A stretch of 63,994 nt of DNA, the filler included, from Collodictyon triciliatum (Eukaryota): assembly GCA_043381765.1 (NCBI GenBank). It is 8 parts of 8 records of this genome, joined end to end, with 100 filler letters (N's around TTAATTAATTAA, not from the genome) between each part and the next. Parts side by side here need not be neighbours in the genome. Positions count along the whole stretch, not along the records: positions 53,814 to 62,324 come from JBHJMP010003397.1; positions 62,425 to 63,994 come from JBHJMP010003585.1; 6 more parts are not named here. One strand, given 5' to 3'. The position numbers and the translations under genes are program-made. The notes below the pieces were generated by a model. The model did no database searches. It saw only the letters and a list, made by a program, of their open reading frames with translations, and was not told where the DNA came from. How positions within the stretch are numbered: position 1 is the first letter of the stretch; each line of letters opens with the position of its first letter. Positions 57,391 through 63,994 of the stretch are shown piece after piece.

Positions 57391-60365
57391 CTATTTGGGC
57401 AGATTGGCCGGGACGTAGACGCACCCGAATCTCGAGACTGTGGCCGGCGAAGCCTTTTGGAAGTTCTCCGCTTCGACAAAGATCTTGACGTTTGCGGGGA
57501 CATCGATGCGGTCGCCGTTCATCAAGCACAAGACGCGGTTGTCATCCAACACAGTGTTGAGATATTCGGCCCACTCGTAGTGGCAGACACCGTCAAAGAC
57601 GAGCCACTTTAAACCGCTGCGGTCGGAAGCATTAAAGCGTCGAAGTGTGGACGGCACAATCCCGTCCTTCCAGGTGCTGTCAGACGGGTCAAATGACCCA
57701 AACAACTCTCCAAGACTCACCGACATCGGGTCCACGCTGAACGCATCCACTGGCGCCGCTCCTTTCACAATGACGCCTTTCCCGTGCAGGAGATTATAGG
57801 CAGCTTCAAGCACGCGGTAGCAGCTGGTTTTCCCACTGCCAGAGGGCCCCACCAACGCAACACCGTGGCGGGTTTGAATCGCAGAATGCACTTGCAAGAC
57901 TTTAGTCACAAACTCTGGCGAGGCTTTTAGATTCATCTGCCCCAAAACTTCGTGAACAGCATCGGTCAACGCGGCGATGTCTGAATCCTGGGGAATTGTG
58001 ACTCCTGCAAAGAGTTGCTGAAACAGAGATTCATACGCTTCGGCACCGTCCTCGGTGATTCTCGGGCGGTTTACGGAATCAAACGCCTTTGCCAAAATTA
58101 CTTCTTCGGGTTGGTCAGGCATGTCCTTTCGGAGCTTCTCAGCTAGAGTCACCACAGATTTGAAGCTTCTCATCCCGAAGTCGTAATGGTCCTTTCTGGA
58201 GAATTGCAGCAATGCGGTGCGCGCTTGCCCCATTTTCTGACCAAGCATCTTGCCCTCTTCGAACCCGCACAAGTGGAGCATTCCCTCAGTTAGGACGGAC
58301 ATTTCAGGAATGGAAACGGAGTGCGCTATTATAAGCTCCTTCATAACGGTCTTTGGGTCAGACTCTGGCTTGAAGCCCGGATTCATGGTAGCAAAGGTCC
58401 CAGTGAAAGGGTGGATTGTGATGAGCTTGCCCATAAAAGTCGTGGACTTGGAGCCAGCTTCTGATGCAGCTTTAATTGTTCCAATTTGCTTTGTCAACTC
58501 GATGGTGGTAAATTCGGTGATTCTGTTGAGCTCATCAAAATTTATCCAAGTTCCGCTCTGGATGGCTCCTTTAAGATAATGACCAAGCATAATATGGTCC
58601 ACTCCTTCGCTCATATTGATGGTGATGAGAGAACGACCGCAAAATCGCGCAAAATCTTTTATGGTCTCATTCTTCCCAGAACCAGCGGGGCCAGACAATA
58701 ACCCAATGGTGTGTGTATGGACAGCTTTGGAAAGAAGTTCTTGATAGGAATGTGTCGCTTGTTGTTTCACAAGGCTCGGTTCAGAACCAAGGAATTCATA
58801 TCCGTACGGGAGGGTCACATCGCCAGACCTAACTTGGACTCTTTCGTGTTCAGAATCCCAAACGTATCGCGTGCATTTGGCCCAGTATGACTGAGCAGTG
58901 CTGATAGACTCATGGTTATGCATTTCAGAGATGGTGTCCATTAAAAAGGACAATGAAATAATCGCAGAAGACAAAATGTTCTTTTGGGCGATTGTCCAAG
59001 TCTGTCTCGCCAGTCGAATAAGCCCCACATGAAGTTGTCGGTACTTTTTGAGCAGTTCTTGTAATGATTCCTTGGGGTTAGAGCTTTGGAGAGAAGTATC
59101 AACTTGCGCACTCCAGTCCAGCTCTGCAACAACAAGAGAGACTTGGCCAATGTATTTGAAAATCCACTCGTTGAGCTCGGATTCTTGGTAGCCTTGCTTT
59201 GCCTTGAGTATGAGCTCATGGATTGATTCAATCTGTGCATTCATGATTTGTTGGAAGAACTCGCTGAGCTTGTGGTTGTACTTGACAGGTGTCTTGAACT
59301 TTAGCTCATCTCCATGGACAGAGACCATGGAAAGGATATCATTTGTACCCTCGCTGAATCCGAAATGGCTGAGGTTCTCAAAAACTCTTGCACCAAGGGA
59401 AGAGATAGACCCGCGCTCATCACGGGTTCCGATCATATGTATGAGTTCATCATTACTGACAAAAAAGAACCTGGGGAAATCGCCTCGAATGGCTGAAAGG
59501 TAGTCCATGGTCTCATCAACAATCGTCTGCATGGTGGCAACATGCTTTTCCAGAAGGGTGGTGACTGCAGCGTCTTCAATAATCTACTTCCAGGATTTTT
59601 TATTTGGAATTATTTGTATGCTGTTTCCACTTAGTGACAGTATCTGTTTTCTGAAAAAAAAATTTTCGAGATAACACTATTAAAAAAAAAAACATGAAGA
59701 CTGGATGAGAAATAAGGAAGGACCTTAGGTAATGATTTCTTCTCTTTTAACGCCTCGAAAGTAGCGGCTATCTCCGAGGCAATCATGTTGTATCTTTCAA
59801 ATAGACTTGGGAGGTCCTGTTGCAACAGCTTGTGCTTGTAAAAAGTGACAACACCATTCAAGTTTGTTTGGAGCGAAGCGCAATGCCCCAGGACCGCCAA
59901 AAGTTTGACGAGCTCGTTTTTAATTCCCACTGCTTCCTATATATAATTGAAATATGAAAGAGTGACTTTAGACTGTGCCAGCACTGAGAGAAAAAAGTGA
60001 AATATAATAGAAGACACCTGTGAATTCTCGGATGTCGGGGGATTTAGAAGAAAAAAAAAAGAAGGGAAAGGAAGGAAGTTCACTGTGGCGTGAGGAGCAT
60101 CTGGAGCGGCAGAGAGGGACGAAAGGGTGCTGATGTCGGACTCAGCTCGCTCGGACGTATCTTCGAGAGAGGCGATGACTTGGATTGGGAGATCTCTGGC
60201 TTGTGTCAGCTCCAGAACCCAGCTTTTCCAGAAGCTGTCAATCTGCCAAAGGAAGAAAAAAGCAGGCGAAGGGCGTCAACTTATCGCAGGAAGACGGGGC
60301 GTAAAGGAGAAGGGTAGAACCTCTTCGAAAGTGGCCGGCTTAGTGGAGGTGGGGCTTGCGGACAT
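57391..60365 (-). CDS. Truncated dynein-heavy-chain-like protein (~869 aa): DHC linker + AAA1 + AAA2 only; exons 60365-60321, 60242-60084, 59936-59724, 59583-57391
   Basis: FPRFFFVSNDEL, YGYEFLG, GPAGSGKNETIKD, WINFDELNRI, FATMNPG, HYDFGMRSFKSV, RHGVALVGPSGSGKT, ELFG...WKDG, WLVFDG, LNTVLDDNRVLCL, ASPATVSR then TAG. GCCATG start, three in-phase GT-AG introns, AATAAA ~40 nt after the stop. Confidence 0.88.
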
Positions 60366-61017
60366 GGCTGTTTGTTTCCTTGGTGGAGGGTTCTGTGTTG
60401 TAGGGGATGGTGAAATTGTCTTCAAGTGACAGTCTGCGACGTCCGGGTTTGTGCGTCCATGTAGTGGGAGTTGTCTTTGCGGCTCGATATTGAGCTTTTG
60501 GTTGCGTTGCGTAATGCCATAACGGCTTCTGCCAGTTTGTTTTTATATGAGCCCCATACTACAAATGTGGATGTTATTTGATGATGTCAATAACTAAATA
60601 AGGCATGATTTCAAAAAAACATGGATGACTAAATATAGAAGTCAAAAGGTTTAATAAATATTATTATTGATATACATTATATATTCTTGCTTTAAAAATT
60701 TATTTTTATGATGTTTTGTGCGCAAATTACCATATATTATAGATTTTATAATAAATTCCATATATATTGTAGAATTATGTAATTATCTGTAATATTATTA
60801 ATCATAATATTTTTAATCATATATTTGTGGCATTAAAGGTACAAATATCAATCAATTAAAGTATTATGATGTATTCCAGATATACTGACCCATTCAGTTC
60901 CTGATTTGTGTGCCTTTTGTGCAACTCTGCTGTTCGGATGCAAATAAAAAAAAAAACAAAACAAAGCAGTCGAAAAACGCAATGCCCGCGCTGTTTGTGC
61001 TGGGCTGAGGAATCGTC

Positions 61018-62324
61018 ATGATATTTTATACGACGGTAGAGCAGGGCCAGTTTGAATGCTGCGTACAGAAAGATTGGGATAAGTATGATCGGGTTGCAAT
61101 TATTTGTGCTGCTTATGTCTCAGGCTATGGAAATGACTCATCGCGAGATATTGACAGGACTCTTCTGGCAGACTCTTCTGAGATGATTGTGCTTGCAAGG
61201 CCTTTTCGCCTGAATACTTTAAACATTCTATGTCTCGACCTTTTATTTGTATGGATATTATATTTGTTGTGTGTGGACGAGCGTGTTTCTCTTTCAAAGG
61301 GTTCCGCAACACATGCTCTGCGCTACGAGGCCTCCCTGATCTATGATCACATGGTTTGTTTTGTCGCAGACTTGCTGCGGTGCATCTTCTTTTCTTCTTT
61401 TCTTCTTTTCTTCTTTTCTTCTTTTCTTCTTTTCTTCTTTTCTTCTTTTCTTCTTTTCTTCTTTTCTTCTTTCTTTTCCTTTTATTATTTTAATTCTTAT
61501 TTTTATTGTTAGAATGCAAGTCTTGACTATACGCTTAATATGATTATCTCAAAGTGTATTAATTTTATTCGGGATTATAGTGTTTGCTTCGCCAAGATAT
61601 GCCATGTCAATCTTTGTATGAAGAAATCTTGTCATAAAGATTCTAAATGTAACCATCAGTTTGACTCTACATTTTTGTAGATTCTGTCTGTCACCCGCAC
61701 ATTATTTATCGTCTTGGTGATAAATAAAGTAAAGAAGGACAAAGAAGCAGCCGTTTGCGTATGTTACATTCTTTATGACTCAATTGGTTTCTATTCATTT
61801 TTCCTTTCAAGTTATGCAGGATTGAGAATTCGTTACATGTCCTTATTGTAAATCATTATTTATGTTCTATTTGTATTTTCCTCTTTTTTTCGCATTTGCC
61901 TTGTAAAGAATGGACCGCTTTTACAAGTTCATCGCCACTATGCATTTATTGAAGTGAGACCTCAATATCCAGATGATATGTGGGCTAGTGGGCTGCTTGA
62001 TGCTTGTCAAGTTTTTGTCGTATATGTCACATCGAATGACAGCAAGCTTTACTATATTTACCATGTATTCGCAAATTATTGGGATTATGGAATTCTTTTC
62101 CGCCTATCTACCTGAAAGGAAAGAGCCATACTATTTATTCAAATTAAAAAAACAAGGAGAAAGATACTCAGAGTGAGGTCAGTCGTCAAAACTATGCAAT
62201 CACTTCGCTTTTTTATTTACTTTAGTGGTCGGGGTTTTCCAGTAAAAAAAAAAAAAGTAAATGGGGAGTTTTTAGCGAAACTTTTAGTGTTCGTATTCTT
62301 TTTCCTTTGTAGCTTGGAATTCTT
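61018..62324 (+). CDS. Second MENTAL-domain paralog; 3'-truncated by the contig end
   Basis: RPFRLNTLNILCLDLLFVWILY, YDHMVCFVADLL, ILSVTRTLFIVL, YSQIIGIMEFFSAYLP parallel QPFRLTPFTVVSLDFAVTLGLY, YDHHISAWFDVL, VLSGFRTLFIIL, YPQFIGLLEILSAVLP of the gene at 54054. Confidence 0.7.
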
Positions 62325-62445
62325 NNNNNNNNNNNNNNNNNNNNNNNNNNNNNNNNNNNNNNNNNNNNTTAATTAATTAANNNNNNNNNNNNNNNNNNNN
62401 NNNNNNNNNNNNNNNNNNNNNNNNTATTTATTTATTTATTTATTT

Positions 62446-62604
<159 letters not shown>

Positions 62605-63294
62605 TTTTCATGTGTAATTAATGTATGTGATGTTCTTAGTTTGGCATTGTTCTCGAGTTGAGTGAATTATGCAAGCGAAATGTACCTCGGAGCTGGAGGC
62701 CGGCGTTCTGATGAAGACAGAGTCCAGGTGGGAGAGTTCGATCACAGCTTGACAAAGGTTGAGAAGAAACACTGGGAGCGGCGTTTCCATCCAGGCTGGG
62801 CAAAGACAACATAGAGTCAGGCATGGTGGTTAGTGACGGCAAGGAAAAGACTCGCTTCGTGGGGATGAAGAGCGCTCGAGCCGAGTGATTATCCAGCCTT
62901 TCGGCACCCTGTCTGACTCTGGGCAGGCGACGTTTGTTTCTCGAACGCACATCTTTTTTTTCTATTTTTTTACAAGCTCCGCTGCTGAATAATAGGATCG
63001 GGTGATTTGGGGTTGACGGATGCTATGGTTGGTGACGACTTCCGAATCGATACACAGATTGGATAAGAATAAATCTGGAAATTATGTTCATTAGTTAAAT
63101 GTAATCATATCATCCTATAATATAATTTTTCAATTGAATTTTAATATTTTTAGCATTTCAACAATATATTTATTTTCACTTACCTGTTTTTTCATTCAAA
63201 TATTCTCTGTCGGCGAACTCGCTTCACCGGGGGTGTGGAACGTGAAACTGCCGCAACCGATTCTCACGATACTCGAACAAGGCGGAGTCGAGTC

Positions 63295-63471
63295 ATGTCG
63301 CGGATGCAAACGGCCACACGCAGCGGCTTTGGCGCCTCTTCGAAAGGTAAGCAGAACCCGCCTTCAAAGTCAAAAGGCTTTGTCATGGATGACGAGGACG
63401 ACGATCTTCTCGGCGCCAGCATCGAGTATGACGTTTCTCCTTCAAAGGGCCCCACAACAACCCAGAAATCG
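63295..63471 (+). CDS. Probable first exon of an unknown protein
   Basis: GC-richer frame MSRMQTATRSGFGASSKGKQNPPSKSKGFVMDDEDDDLLGASIEYDVSP... followed by microsatellite DNA. Confidence 0.35.
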
Positions 63472-63550
63472 GTTCGGCACAGTTCTATCAAACTTTTTTC
63501 TGTCGCATTAATATTTGGTGGTGTTTGGAATTGCAACCTGAAGTCCGGTC

Positions 63551-63988
<438 letters not shown>

Positions 63989-63994
63989 GACCGG

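Noticed and set aside
62636-62950. 104-aa minus-strand ORF
   Set aside because: GC-richer and possibly a first exon, but there is no motif support and the reading frame is ambiguous.

Overview
Eukaryotic, AT-rich, intron-rich DNA from an unidentified protist-like organism. The window is not one locus. It is eight short contigs/scaffolds (most ~8.5 kb) joined by artificial 100-nt N44-TTAATTAATTAA-N44 linkers, so neighbourhoods only count within a contig. Recognisable genes: a PARP4 (vault PARP)-like vWA protein, LSm3, an LRR-pseudokinase, a probable membrane cyclase N-terminus, a RING/B-box/coiled-coil/NHL (TRIM-NHL) protein, a MARK/AMPK-family kinase, a large secreted Cys-rich protein, an FG-GAP beta-propeller protein with a Trp-Gly repeat insert, and two MENTAL-domain (STARD3/MLN64-like) paralogs. 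Mobile DNA: a decayed Fanzor1 (eukaryotic TnpB-like RNA-guided nuclease) and three pieces of one L1/Tx1-type LINE family, one with a target-site duplication. Two items stand out. (1) A self-contained, uninterrupted ~869-aa 'mini-dynein' made only of linker + AAA1 + AAA2. (2) A >2,400-aa single-pass surface protein joining TMEM132-type cohesin/Ig modules, a bacterial-type cohesin-dockerin pair, a polycystin REJ module and a GPS motif. All family calls come from motif recognition by eye, not database searches.
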